Positions 14,653-24,900 of a DNA stretch of 32,000 nucleotides are shown here, in pieces. Under the pieces are notes generated by a model. That model made no database searches. It was not told the origin of the DNA and saw nothing but the letters and a program-made list of their open reading frames with translations. Both the position numbers and the translations under genes were made by a program. Source of the DNA: an uncultured archaeon (lineage in GTDB: Archaea; Iainarchaeota; Iainarchaeia; Iainarchaeales; Iainarchaeaceae); contig CAZNZM010000005.1 in the NCBI GenBank assembly GCA_964577555.1, positions 1 through 32,000 of the forward strand. Reading direction: 5' to 3'. Numbering within the stretch: the stretch's first letter is position 1; each line of letters opens with the position of its first letter.

Positions 14653-17600
14653 GTTTCCCCCGCCTTTAATGAATTTGAAACTTCCGAAATATTTAATTTT
14701 GCTCCTTTTGAATCATAAACTGTTTTAGGATTCCAAAAAATTTCAGCCTTCCTGCCGGAATCGGAAATACAAGCATTGCCAGACTCTACCAATTTGAATA
14801 CATCCAAAACAGTTGTTATTGCCCCCGTGCTTCCGCCAGAAGGATCATTATATTTTACCCCGGTTATTCCAGAAAGCCTTGCTTTTTCGCTTATTTCTTC
14901 AGGAGTCATTAAAATCGCTTTTCCTTTTGGATGCTCTAATTTAAGAGAATAAATTTCCAATGGATTAGTAAAGAATATTGTTCTTATATAAGAATCGCCT
15001 TTATAAACGATTGGCCCAAAGTCAACGCCGTAAGCACTCTCCCAATCATTAAGAGGGTCTTTTGTTGTGGCAGCCCTGTCCGAACGCGAATCAAAAGACT
15101 CTGTTATTAATGTTCCAGAAAAGTCAAGGCACGCTCCTACGCCATTCCAAAAAGTCAATGTTTCACCAACATCGACAGGCACTTCATTGTTGGCAACAGT
15201 ATAAAAAACAGACAAAGGCTCTTCAGAAATTGAATTTGCCGAAACCTTTATCATCACCGGCGTGGCTTTGGAAGGCGAAAAAACCAAGTTTGCTTCAGAA
15301 GGCGAAATTTTTTCCAAAATAAACAAATTGCCTCTTGTTGAAGGAGAAGAGTTTAATTTGTAAAAAGATTTTTCAAGTTTTGTGGCGGCAATTGAATTGG
15401 CATTGCTTCCATTGTCATTATAAGTTTTCATTGGTTGGCTGGAATTGTCAAACAATATTTGCCCTTCTTCGTTGAAAAAGCTTACCCCATAACCTTGCCT
15501 GTTGAAAGAATCATTTTCAAGTCCTACAAGGCCATCCAATGGCAAATAATAAAATGCAGAATTTGGTCTTGGTTCATGCAAAAGATAAAACTCTATTTCT
15601 ATTTTCACATTAGGAGAACCATCCGCGTTAAAAAACCTGAAACTCTTGTCAATTCCTGAAATATTTATCAACACGTCATAAATTCCCGGGCTTGGCAATT
15701 CATGTGAATCAAAAAACCTGTTTCTGAAAGAAATATTGTGATTTATAAAAATATTCGCAATTCCATAAGGTTTGCCATCAGGAGAAGTGGCTTCCTTGTA
15801 AAACCACTCCGCAGTATCAAAAAACCTGCCGTTAGAATAATGTTCCGCAAAGTCGTTTATGAAATCCTCGCTAAAAGAATCCCTTATAAGCATTGCATTG
15901 AAATGAATAGTATTCATAAAAGATTCTTTGTTGGGAATCTCCTGTGTCCAAGAAATTGCGTTTTCATTTGCTTCTATTAAATGTTTGATTGCAGGCTCTC
16001 CTTCAATAAATCCTGTCCAATTCTCCAAATAGCAATTTTCTGTTTGTGAATTTCTGTCAACATTAAGGTCTCTCGCCAGTGTTTCAAATTCCTTGTTTAA
16101 AGGATTTGCAGGGCATTTGAGGTTTTGGTTTTGGTTGAAAAAATCTTTTAACGCCTTGAGCCTTTTTGAAATCATAATACTAAATTGTGTTGCGTCACAA
16201 TAAATGCCGTTCGGATTTTGTTCAAGACACGTGTCCTTATCAATATTTGTAAAACTCCAATCAAATCTAACTTTTGGCAAAGAGGCTTTTCCAGTTCTTC
16301 CGAATTTTACCCCGTTTTCGCATGAAAGAGTATCAAACGAAAGCTGTGGAATTGTTTCCTCTTCTTCCATTGTCTTGAACTTCAAATGAATTTTGGATTC
16401 CACATTGACTTTTTCTCTGTCGGGCACCTTAAAAGGCCCGAAATTGCTGTTTCCCCTTTCAATTTTTGTAGGCAAAGCATGTAAATGTTTGGTTGCATTG
16501 AAAGTGAAAGTAGCATAAGAAGGTTTTTGATTGGCAACGCCGTTGTTAATGAAAACCAAACCGACTTTTTGCTTATTATATTGTCCTATTATTTTTGCAG
16601 AATCCATGTTGTAATACGCAACCAAATCTTTGTTGTCAGAAACTATTGGCCCTGCATCAGAAACTAGGTTTATAACATAATCAGGCAAACTTGAAGTATG
16701 CCTTTGGGTGCAAGGATCGTTTCCAAAAATTTTTCCATATATCCCTCCAATAAAAAAACCACCAAGAGAATACATTGCCATGATGTTAGTTGGCGTAAAA
16801 AAACTCTTGGCTGTCGCGCTTGCAACCACGTTTCCTAAAGAATTGTTTGCAGACTGCACAATAGCATTCGTTGAAGCAAAACTTAATTTAAGAACCCCTG
16901 TTTTTGCAACAGATTCGCCAAATTGATTGGCAACAAAAGACTGCAAGGAAGAAGAACTTTCACCAACCAAAGAAACAGCTTCAGCTATCGCTGCTTTGCA
17001 TTGACAAACTTCCGGATCGGCTTGGCACATACTAATAGCAATAGTTGCGGCGCTTCCCAAAGAAGTTGCACCAGCATTCAAATAAACCGATGCTTGTTGA
17101 ATATAAGCCAATACTTCACTGTTAAGGTATTCTTTTTGAGCAAGTAATTCCGAAGCATCCAATTGTGTAAATCTGCCGTTTATGAATTGCCCACCATTCA
17201 TTGCCACATCCTGCAATTTTGAGTCATTCTCAATAATTTTACTCATAATATTTTTCGCATTTTCACACGCAGTTTTAGCAGATTGAACAGAAGCAATAGC
17301 CGAAGTTATATTAGCATTTGCAGGAGTTATACTGCATGGACCATAAGCACTTTGTGTGCTGGAAAGTGCAGAATCAATTTTTGAACAAACAGCATCAATA
17401 TTGTTATTGGATAAATTATCAGCAGCAACCGATGCTTGTTGTGCTGATTTTGTTGCATCCATTGATTGTCCAATTCCTGAAGCAACCCCTTTTGCAGCAG
17501 CATTTGAAGCCATTAATGCAGGCCTTATTCCCATTAACGCGCCATATATTGCTCCAACACCAGCACCAGTCCAATCCCACCATCCTTTTTCAGTTGCGTC

Positions 17601-20600
17601 GCCCCAATCGCAAATGCTTGCATCCACAGTAATATTTTCGCTCAAAAACTTGTTAGTTAATTCAGTAGAATCCTTTGAACCGTTTCCAATAAGAGTGAAA
17701 GAATATTTGTTAAGCTCGAAAGCATCATTCATAGTGGGTTTTGCAATAACATCAAAAGTCAAAAGCTCTCTATAATTAGTATTTTTAGTTTTAATAAAAA
17801 CCTTGACCCCATAAATGCCAGGTATTTCCTGCCGTGATACCCTTACCGTTTTGGAACTATTCACAGGCTTCAAAGTGAATTTTTCCGGTTCAACAAGTAT
17901 TCCGCCTTCAGATCCGCCAGAACAACCAGCATCATCTTTGCACATCCAAAAATCAATCTCCATATTTCCACAAGCCGAAGAATCAATCGTAATACCCGCT
18001 TCGTTTGAATTTTCAGGAATAACCAAAGGAGTTTCTGCTTGTGGCGTGAATTTGATGCAATCCCTCAAGTTAAGCGTGTCGATTTCAACTTTTATTTGAT
18101 TGCTTGAACCAACACTTTCCTCGCCATAATCAGTAAATTGCGAAGCATCAATTGTTATGCTGAATTCCGCCTTTTTTCCCAAAGAATTGCCTTTTGGCGT
18201 AAAAATTATTTCAGCAATATATTCCCTTCCACCAGGGACCCTTTCAAAAAGCGTGCTAAAAATTCCATCCGCCAAAATATCTTTTCCTATTTGCCCTGTT
18301 ATTGAATCAATTGCCTGAACTTCTACAAAGCCAAACTTGTTGCTTTTCCAATCAACCTTTGCCTTTAAATTTTTCAAATCGATAGGCTTGTTTTTTTTGT
18401 CAATACAATTGTTTTTAATATAGAATTCGGTTTTGGCTACGCCTGAAATTGTTGCATCTTTCCATTCCTTTATTGAAACCTCAATACAATTTTGATTTGC
18501 CGGAGGCTCAGCCAAAGAAATTGCAGTAGAAAAAGGAATTTCAAAAGGCCAAGTATTTTTATTTTTGTCTGTAAATTCAAGATAGAGTCTTCCTGAAATG
18601 TTTTTCTTTTCTTTTATATATTTTCCGTCTTCGCTTATTGCTGCTATGAAATTCATTTCTTTTGACTCGTTGAATCCTACTTTTATACCGGAATTCATAG
18701 ATGCATAATTTGTCATTTTTTGTTCATCCAGCAACCCTAAAAATTTTCCATAAAATCCTGCTTTTGAAAGTTCAAGTTCCAAAGGAGTCAAATTGGCAAT
18801 TGAAACAGATTTTTTTTCCTCTCTTTTTGATGAAATATTCAAATTATAATTCAATTTTTCAGGAGAAAATTTCAATATTTCTTTAGTAACTTTTAATTGA
18901 TATGATTTTCCTGAATAGCCTGGTTTTTCAACAACTACTTTGAATCTTGTGTTTGGCTCCAAAGCAGGGATTTTTATAAGTGCTTTTCCTTCCAAATCGG
19001 TAGTGCCGATAATCGTTGTTTTTTTTCTGTCAGGATGCACCAATTCAACTCTTACATTTGCGCCATCAACTCCAAAATAATCTTCTTCTTTATACTCTTT
19101 GGCTTCAACTTTTAGTTCAAATTCCGTAAAAGCAGGAATTATTTCAGGAACAATCGCAATATTCATGTCATTGCTTGCCACTATTTTAAAATCAATTTTT
19201 TTTTCAAACACTATATTTTTTTCAGAATGAATAATTATTGATAATCCAGATTCTGATAAATTAACCGGTTTTATTTTCAACCTTCCTGTTATTGATTTGT
19301 TTTTATTTAATTTTCCTAAAATTATTCCTTCAATTTTGAAAGTTTCCCTGTTTGAACCGAATTTTTCCGAATCCGCACTGAAAATGCTGTAATCAAGTAT
19401 TTTTATATTTTCTTGGTTGGAATTTGAAATAATTAGTTTTGCATTGTCATATGTTGCTTCTTTGTTGTTCAAAATGGAAAATTCAATTTCATATTCCCCG
19501 AAATTTCTTAATGAATAAGGCTTTTCAAGGTATAATTCTTCCTTTAAATCAAGCACTTTTTCATTGAAACAAAAAAATTCGCCGCAGTCTGTTGAAGAAT
19601 TATAAACATATGTTTTTGCATATAACCATTTTTTTGTTGCAGAATTTTCCGCAAAACCAAGTTCAGAGTCTTGCGGATCCCTGTATATTTCCCCATTGCT
19701 TTTTACTGCAAACGCCCTGTAATTAAAAAATAACTTGCTTTGTGCGTTTGCAAAATTTTTCAATTTGAATTTAACTCCGAAATTAATTATTTTTCCAGCG
19801 TTGTTTGATTTTTCCCAAGCGATTTGCACCCATTTTGCATTGCCGTTGGTTAGGTTGCTTAAATCTTCTTCCAAATTTCTTGGCGGATTATAAGTTGAAC
19901 CCATCAAATAAGTTGCTTTTGGCGCATCAACTTCATATATATACATTGTATCTTTTTCAACATTATTCTCATTTCCGACGTTAATAAAAGCCCCTGCCTG
20001 TTCATATTCAAAATCTTTCGGAATAACCAACAAAAACTTTGCTTCATATGATTTGCCAGGCTCCAATACCTCGGCTTTTTTTCCATCAGAACTTATTTCT
20101 ACCAAACTTATTTTGATGTTTCCTGAAATAGATTCTTTTTCAAGTTTTGCCATGATTTTTGCCGCTTTTTCAGGCAATATTATTGAGGACGTGGAGTGGT
20201 ATTCTGCATACCCTTCGGCTGTTACAACCACTGAAACCTTTTCTCCTGCCCTGATTTTTGCGCTTCCTTTTCCGCTGCTGTCCAAAACTATTTTTCCTAT
20301 TCTTTTTTCATAATCAAAAATTTCTGCGTTGGCAAAAGGAACCGCTTTTCCATCCTCGTCCAAAGTTTCTATTTCAATTGTGCCATATCCTATTTTCAAT
20401 TGCAGAATAATTTCTTTGGTGGCGCCTTCGTTTATTTCAAATGCTTCAGAAAGCCCGTTTGCAGGATATTTTTGTGCAATAACTCTGTATTTTCCGTTTT
20501 TAATACCGGTAAATTTTGCAATTCCATTGTTATTGGTTGTTTTTGGCTGGTATTCATTCAAAGCAAAATTCGTGTCAGGTTCTATGATTATTACCTTAGC

Positions 20601-21812
20601 ATTTCCGACAGGCTTATTTTCTTCATCAATTATTTTGACATCAAGTGAATTGCAAGTGTTTGGAGTGCATGGCAAAAGTTCTACATCTATTACGCTTTTT
20701 TGGATGTTTGACGAATCAACTTCAATAATGCCAGATGGCAAATACCCATTTGACGAGACAACTATTTTTGTTTTTCCTTGCCTCGTTATTTGTATCTCAA
20801 TTTCTCCTTTGCCTTCAATTGAATACTTGCTTGAATCCGGCAATTCTATATTTGCTTTTGCCTGCAATTTTGCCTTGCTTCTTTTGTCAACTATGTTGAG
20901 TTTTACAGAACCAAATTTTTGTTCTTCCAAAGTTGCTTCAAAATCAGTTGTTTCTTTTGAAATTATCTTTGCGTTTCCGCTGAAAGTGCTTAAGTTTTTA
21001 TTATTCGGAACTATGACTATTTTGTAATCACCAGGTTCAAGCGAAAATTCAGCTTTGCCAAAACCTGATATTTTTTTGTCAACAAGCGACCCAAATTCAT
21101 CATTTACAAATACTTCCGCGCCGTCAACATTATTGCCAAATTTGTCTTTTACTGAAACTTTGAGAAACCCTTCTTCAATTATGCGCGGCGCTAATTTTAT
21201 TATATTGCTTTCTTCAAGGTTGTATGATTTAACTTCAAAACCGCTTCCAATGACTTTTGCGGACATCGCACCGCAACCTGGCGGAACCTCCACATCAAGT
21301 TTGCCGCTGCTTACCTGCTTTATTGGGTTTGTTATTTTGATTGCTGTTGAACAACTTAATTCTATTGTAAGCATTTTTCCTTCTATTTTTGCCCCGTCAG
21401 GTCCTACAAAAATCAAGCTTTTGACAATTTGTTTTTCTCCATCCGAAGGTTCAAGTGTTGCTTTGATTATCTCTTTTTCATTTTCAATTTTTATGGTTTT
21501 TGAAAATTCTTTGAAGCCTGTTGCGGAAATTTTTATAGTTATTTCTTTTCCTTTAGGAATTTTTTCAAAAGTTGCATTTCCGCTTCTGTCAGTCATTTTG
21601 GCTGGCAAATTTCCTGCACCAATTAGTTGGACTTTTGCCTTCCAAACAGGGCTTTCCCTGCTGGTTACGTTTATATTGACATCAGAGTATTTTTCACCTG
21701 AAAAAAAAACAAAATACCCTATGCCTAATACTGATGCCAAGGCTATGGCTAATAATATTACTGCCACAAACTTATTCGCTTCTATTAATTCCCTGATTGA
21801 ATCAAATTCCAT
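14634..21812 (-). CDS. Giant membrane-anchored surface protein G1 (2392 aa)
   Basis: This is an uninterrupted 7.2-kb ORF with an N-terminal anchor (FVAVILLAIALASVLGIGYFVFF). It carries several carboxypeptidase-regulatory-like beta-sandwich repeats, for example LDVKIIDEENKPVGNAKVIIIEPD...NNNGIAKFTGIKNGKYRVIA. Two glycine-zipper hydrophobic segments (aa ~1415-1437 and ~1677-1697) flank an Ala/Ser/Gln/Asn-rich insert. The C-terminal module starts at DPC (C1701). The protein is collinear with G2 and G3. Confidence 0.9.
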   Translation of the reverse strand: MEFDSIRELIEANKFVAVILLAIALASVLGIGYFVFFSGEKYSDVNINVTSRESPVWKAKVQLIGAGNLPAKMTDRSGNATFEKIPKGKEITIKISATGFKEFSKTIKIENEKEIIKATLEPSDGEKQIVKSLIFVGPDGAKIEGKMLTIELSCSTAIKITNPIKQVSSGKLDVEVPPGCGAMSAKVIGSGFEVKSYNLEESNIIKLAPRIIEEGFLKVSVKDKFGNNVDGAEVFVNDEFGSLVDKKISGFGKAEFSLEPGDYKIVIVPNNKNLSTFSGNAKIISKETTDFEATLEEQKFGSVKLNIVDKRSKAKLQAKANIELPDSSKYSIEGKGEIEIQITRQGKTKIVVSSNGYLPSGIIEVDSSNIQKSVIDVELLPCTPNTCNSLDVKIIDEENKPVGNAKVIIIEPDTNFALNEYQPKTTNNNGIAKFTGIKNGKYRVIAQKYPANGLSEAFEINEGATKEIILQLKIGYGTIEIETLDEDGKAVPFANAEIFDYEKRIGKIVLDSSGKGSAKIRAGEKVSVVVTAEGYAEYHSTSSIILPEKAAKIMAKLEKESISGNIKISLVEISSDGKKAEVLEPGKSYEAKFLLVIPKDFEYEQAGAFINVGNENNVEKDTMYIYEVDAPKATYLMGSTYNPPRNLEEDLSNLTNGNAKWVQIAWEKSNNAGKIINFGVKFKLKNFANAQSKLFFNYRAFAVKSNGEIYRDPQDSELGFAENSATKKWLYAKTYVYNSSTDCGEFFCFNEKVLDLKEELYLEKPYSLRNFGEYEIEFSILNNKEATYDNAKLIISNSNQENIKILDYSIFSADSEKFGSNRETFKIEGIILGKLNKNKSITGRLKIKPVNLSESGLSIIIHSEKNIVFEKKIDFKIVASNDMNIAIVPEIIPAFTEFELKVEAKEYKEEDYFGVDGANVRVELVHPDRKKTTIIGTTDLEGKALIKIPALEPNTRFKVVVEKPGYSGKSYQLKVTKEILKFSPEKLNYNLNISSKREEKKSVSIANLTPLELELSKAGFYGKFLGLLDEQKMTNYASMNSGIKVGFNESKEMNFIAAISEDGKYIKEKKNISGRLYLEFTDKNKNTWPFEIPFSTAISLAEPPANQNCIEVSIKEWKDATISGVAKTEFYIKNNCIDKKNKPIDLKNLKAKVDWKSNKFGFVEVQAIDSITGQIGKDILADGIFSTLFERVPGGREYIAEIIFTPKGNSLGKKAEFSITIDASQFTDYGEESVGSSNQIKVEIDTLNLRDCIKFTPQAETPLVIPENSNEAGITIDSSACGNMEIDFWMCKDDAGCSGGSEGGILVEPEKFTLKPVNSSKTVRVSRQEIPGIYGVKVFIKTKNTNYRELLTFDVIAKPTMNDAFELNKYSFTLIGNGSKDSTELTNKFLSENITVDASICDWGDATEKGWWDWTGAGVGAIYGALMGIRPALMASNAAAKGVASGIGQSMDATKSAQQASVAADNLSNNNIDAVCSKIDSALSSTQSAYGPCSITPANANITSAIASVQSAKTACENAKNIMSKIIENDSKLQDVAMNGGQFINGRFTQLDASELLAQKEYLNSEVLAYIQQASVYLNAGATSLGSAATIAISMCQADPEVCQCKAAIAEAVSLVGESSSSLQSFVANQFGESVAKTGVLKLSFASTNAIVQSANNSLGNVVASATAKSFFTPTNIMAMYSLGGFFIGGIYGKIFGNDPCTQRHTSSLPDYVINLVSDAGPIVSDNKDLVAYYNMDSAKIIGQYNKQKVGLVFINNGVANQKPSYATFTFNATKHLHALPTKIERGNSNFGPFKVPDREKVNVESKIHLKFKTMEEEETIPQLSFDTLSCENGVKFGRTGKASLPKVRFDWSFTNIDKDTCLEQNPNGIYCDATQFSIMISKRLKALKDFFNQNQNLKCPANPLNKEFETLARDLNVDRNSQTENCYLENWTGFIEGEPAIKHLIEANENAISWTQEIPNKESFMNTIHFNAMLIRDSFSEDFINDFAEHYSNGRFFDTAEWFYKEATSPDGKPYGIANIFINHNISFRNRFFDSHELPSPGIYDVLINISGIDKSFRFFNADGSPNVKIEIEFYLLHEPRPNSAFYYLPLDGLVGLENDSFNRQGYGVSFFNEEGQILFDNSSQPMKTYNDNGSNANSIAATKLEKSFYKLNSSPSTRGNLFILEKISPSEANLVFSPSKATPVMIKVSANSISEEPLSVFYTVANNEVPVDVGETLTFWNGVGACLDFSGTLITESFDSRSDRAATTKDPLNDWESAYGVDFGPIVYKGDSYIRTIFFTNPLEIYSLKLEHPKGKAILMTPEEISEKARLSGITGVKYNDPSGGSTGAITTVLDVFKLVESGNACISDSGRKAEIFWNPKTVYDSKGAKLNISEVSNSLKAGETCIGLG

Positions 21813-21961
21813 GGTTTCGTCTAAAAAGTAGTTTTAAGCAGTTAATAAAGTTTTTCAGCAAAATTATTTTTTCCAAAAAATTTGTGTTTTTATAAACAAT
21901 TTCTGTAGAGCACAGCAAAACCAAAAGGTTGTTGAAATGATTATATTTGTTCCGTTTTGGG

Positions 21962-24900
21962 CTATTGTCCAATGCATGTCCTTCCGGCTTCTAAAGAATT
22001 TGCAAAGCTTGAAATATTTTTTTGCCTGCCGTTATATGTATAAACGTATTGTGGGTTCCACCAGAATTTTACTGAATTTCCAGTACTTGTAACGCATAAC
22101 ATGTTGTTTTCAACCATTTTGAAGGCATCCGAAATGCTTGCAATCCTGCCTGACAAACCCATTGAGTAGTCATTATACTTCATACCAATTATCCCATTTA
22201 GCGTGACTTGTTTTCCGCTTTCATCAGGAGTCATGAATTCAACTCTTGATTCAGGTTTTGCCCTTATTTGCGTTTGCTTTTTCGGGTCTGAAAATATTAT
22301 TGTCCTTAAATAAACGTCTCCAGAGTATTGTATCGAAGGCCAATCAATTGCATAACTTGATTTGTAATCGTTTATTTTGTCAGATTCCTTGCCTTGTCTG
22401 TCCGGTTTTTGATAAAATGCTTCTGTTACTGGCGCCCCTGTAAAGTCAAGGCAGTTTCCTGCTCCGTCCCAATATGTAAGGCTTGTTCCAGTGCTGGTTG
22501 TAGCAGAATTTTCAATAATGCTGTAATAAGCATTCAAAGGTTGTGAACTTTTTTCAGAACTTATTTTCATTATAAGCGGAGTTGCTTGCGAAGGCTGGAA
22601 AACTATTTTCGAACCTTTTCCTTCCTTGCTTGCTACTTCAAGCACCATGCCTCTTGTTTGCGGAGCCGTGTTCAAAGTATAAAGGTCATTATTGCTTGCA
22701 ACCAAAATTTTTGATATTGCGTTGCTGCCTGAATCTTCAAAAGACATGACCGCATTTTTTCCATTATTAATTGCCACTATTGAAGTCCCGCCTTGGTTAT
22801 AAAATGTTGCACCATAATTTTTTCTGTTTATTTTGTTGCCTTCCACGCCCACCAAACCGTCAAATGGAATATAATAAAAAGGAGAATTTGGATTTGGATC
22901 TGCTATTCTTGTCATAATAATTGCAACATATCCCGTAATGCTTCCATTTTCCCTTATAAGCTTCCAATCGCCGCCAGTAAAATAAACAGCCAATTCAACC
23001 CTATAAAGCCCCGGATTGTTTATTTCAGAAGTATCCGCAAATTTCCTTCGCACAACAAATTTTCCTTCATCCATTAATTTGTTGAAGCCTATTTTGTTTC
23101 CTTGGCTGTCACTTATCAAGCTTGTAAAGTATGAATCCGCATCAAAGAATTGGCCACTACTATAAGTTTTGCTGAAATCTAAAAAGAATTCTTTTGAATA
23201 ATTGTCTTTTATCAAATAAGCGTCAAATATTAAAAGTTTTTGCAAGGCTTCCATATTCGGAATTGCTTTGGTCCATTTCACGTTTTTGCCTTCAATATAT
23301 CTTATGAGTTGCGGAGTTCCTGCTATTGTTTCTGTGGTCCTGAATTCGCAAAACTTGGCTGCGTCGCCTTTTGTAGGGTCCCCGAAAAATATGGCATTTA
23401 CAACGCTTCCTGATTGCTGTTTTTCTCCGGCAGTTGAACTTGAAATTGACGCGTTGAACAAATACGCTCCATCTTCAAGGTTTGCGAAATCGCATGAAGC
23501 ATTTCTTTTTTCGTCTTTTGAAATTCCAAGCAATTGCACTACGCAAGGCTCTAATTGTGTTGTTCCTTTGACGCCTGAAACCGAAATGGTGGCGTCTTGA
23601 TAGTCATCGGTTTTGTTTTCAACAGAAACATTGACTTTTATTTGGTTGTTTTCTTCTTTAAGCGTTATTTCTTTTACCCCTAAAAACCCATTTGGCACAT
23701 TTCTTGACGAGCTTCCTTTGTATTGTTCTGCAATGCTGTTTGCTATTTCGCTTTTTGCATCTTTGGCAAACGAACATTCAAAATTGTAATTGTTTTCCTG
23801 CAAAAATTCGTTCAACATATTAAGTTTTTTGTTTAATTCAATGGTGAATTGCACTGCATCACAATAAACATAATCGGGGTTGTCTGCGTCGCATTGATTG
23901 TAGGAAATTCCCCCTTCGTTTTCTTTCCAACTCCAATTAAATTTTACACGCGGCAAAGCGCCTTTTCCTGTTCTGCCTATTTCAAGTCCGTTTTGGCATG
24001 CAAAGCTGTCAAAAGTGGTTTTTGGAATGTAAGTTTTTTCTTCGGAAGTATTGAATTTGACGTGGAATTTTTGCGAATATACTTTGTCTTCCATATTGTT
24101 TAATGTATTGCATGGAACCATGTTTATCCAAAAATTCCCGAAATCTCCGTTAGTGCTTCCGGCTCTTCCGCATTGTACTAATGCATTTTGGTGGGTTGGA
24201 TCGCCGTGGATATGTTCTTTTGCCCGCATTGTGGCTATTGCATAAATAGGTTTTTCTTCCTCTGCAGACAAATTTGTAAAAACAACGCCTACTACTTGTT
24301 TTCCATTCGGATTTGTTTTGTTGAATTTTTGTATTGCATCAGCAATATCCAACATCCATTCCCCTTTAAATCTCGAATCGCTTACAATTACATCAATAGC
24401 GTCAGGCCCAACATACCTTGGCTTGGTTTTGTCATCGGTTCCTACAAGATTTATAACGTAATCGTTGAGTGTGTGGGTTTCGAATTGTTCGCAAGGATCT
24501 TCTCCTAAAATAGTCATGAAAATTATTATGACAAATACTATTATTCCAACGACTGCGCCTATTCCCGTTGATGCTCCGATTGCAAGAACAGTTATCAATC
24601 CTGCTGCTACGCCTGCAGCAGCGCCTCCTAATGCTATTCCTGCCTTTTCAGCATCATTAAGCCCGGAAGCGGCTTCTTCCCAAGCGCACTTGTTTGCTTT
24701 TACGTTTACTTTTTCTTGCAACATATAATTTGTTAAAGTTGCTTCGTCTTTCTTTCCTTTACCAATCATTGTGAATGCATATCTGTCCATTGAAAAGTAT
24801 TCTCCTTCTTCAGGCTCCACAATAACATCGTACTCGGCTATTTGTCTGAATGTTCCGCCAGCAGGCTTTGCTTCTATTGTCAAACCATAAAAACCCGGTA

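Noticed and set aside
16190-16205. YCDATQF as a transglutaminase or papain-like catalytic cysteine motif
   Set aside because: The spacing (C+5 to F) does not match the GxCxxFA core. I could not identify the conserved downstream His/Asp partners by eye, so the cysteine is more likely structural (disulfide).
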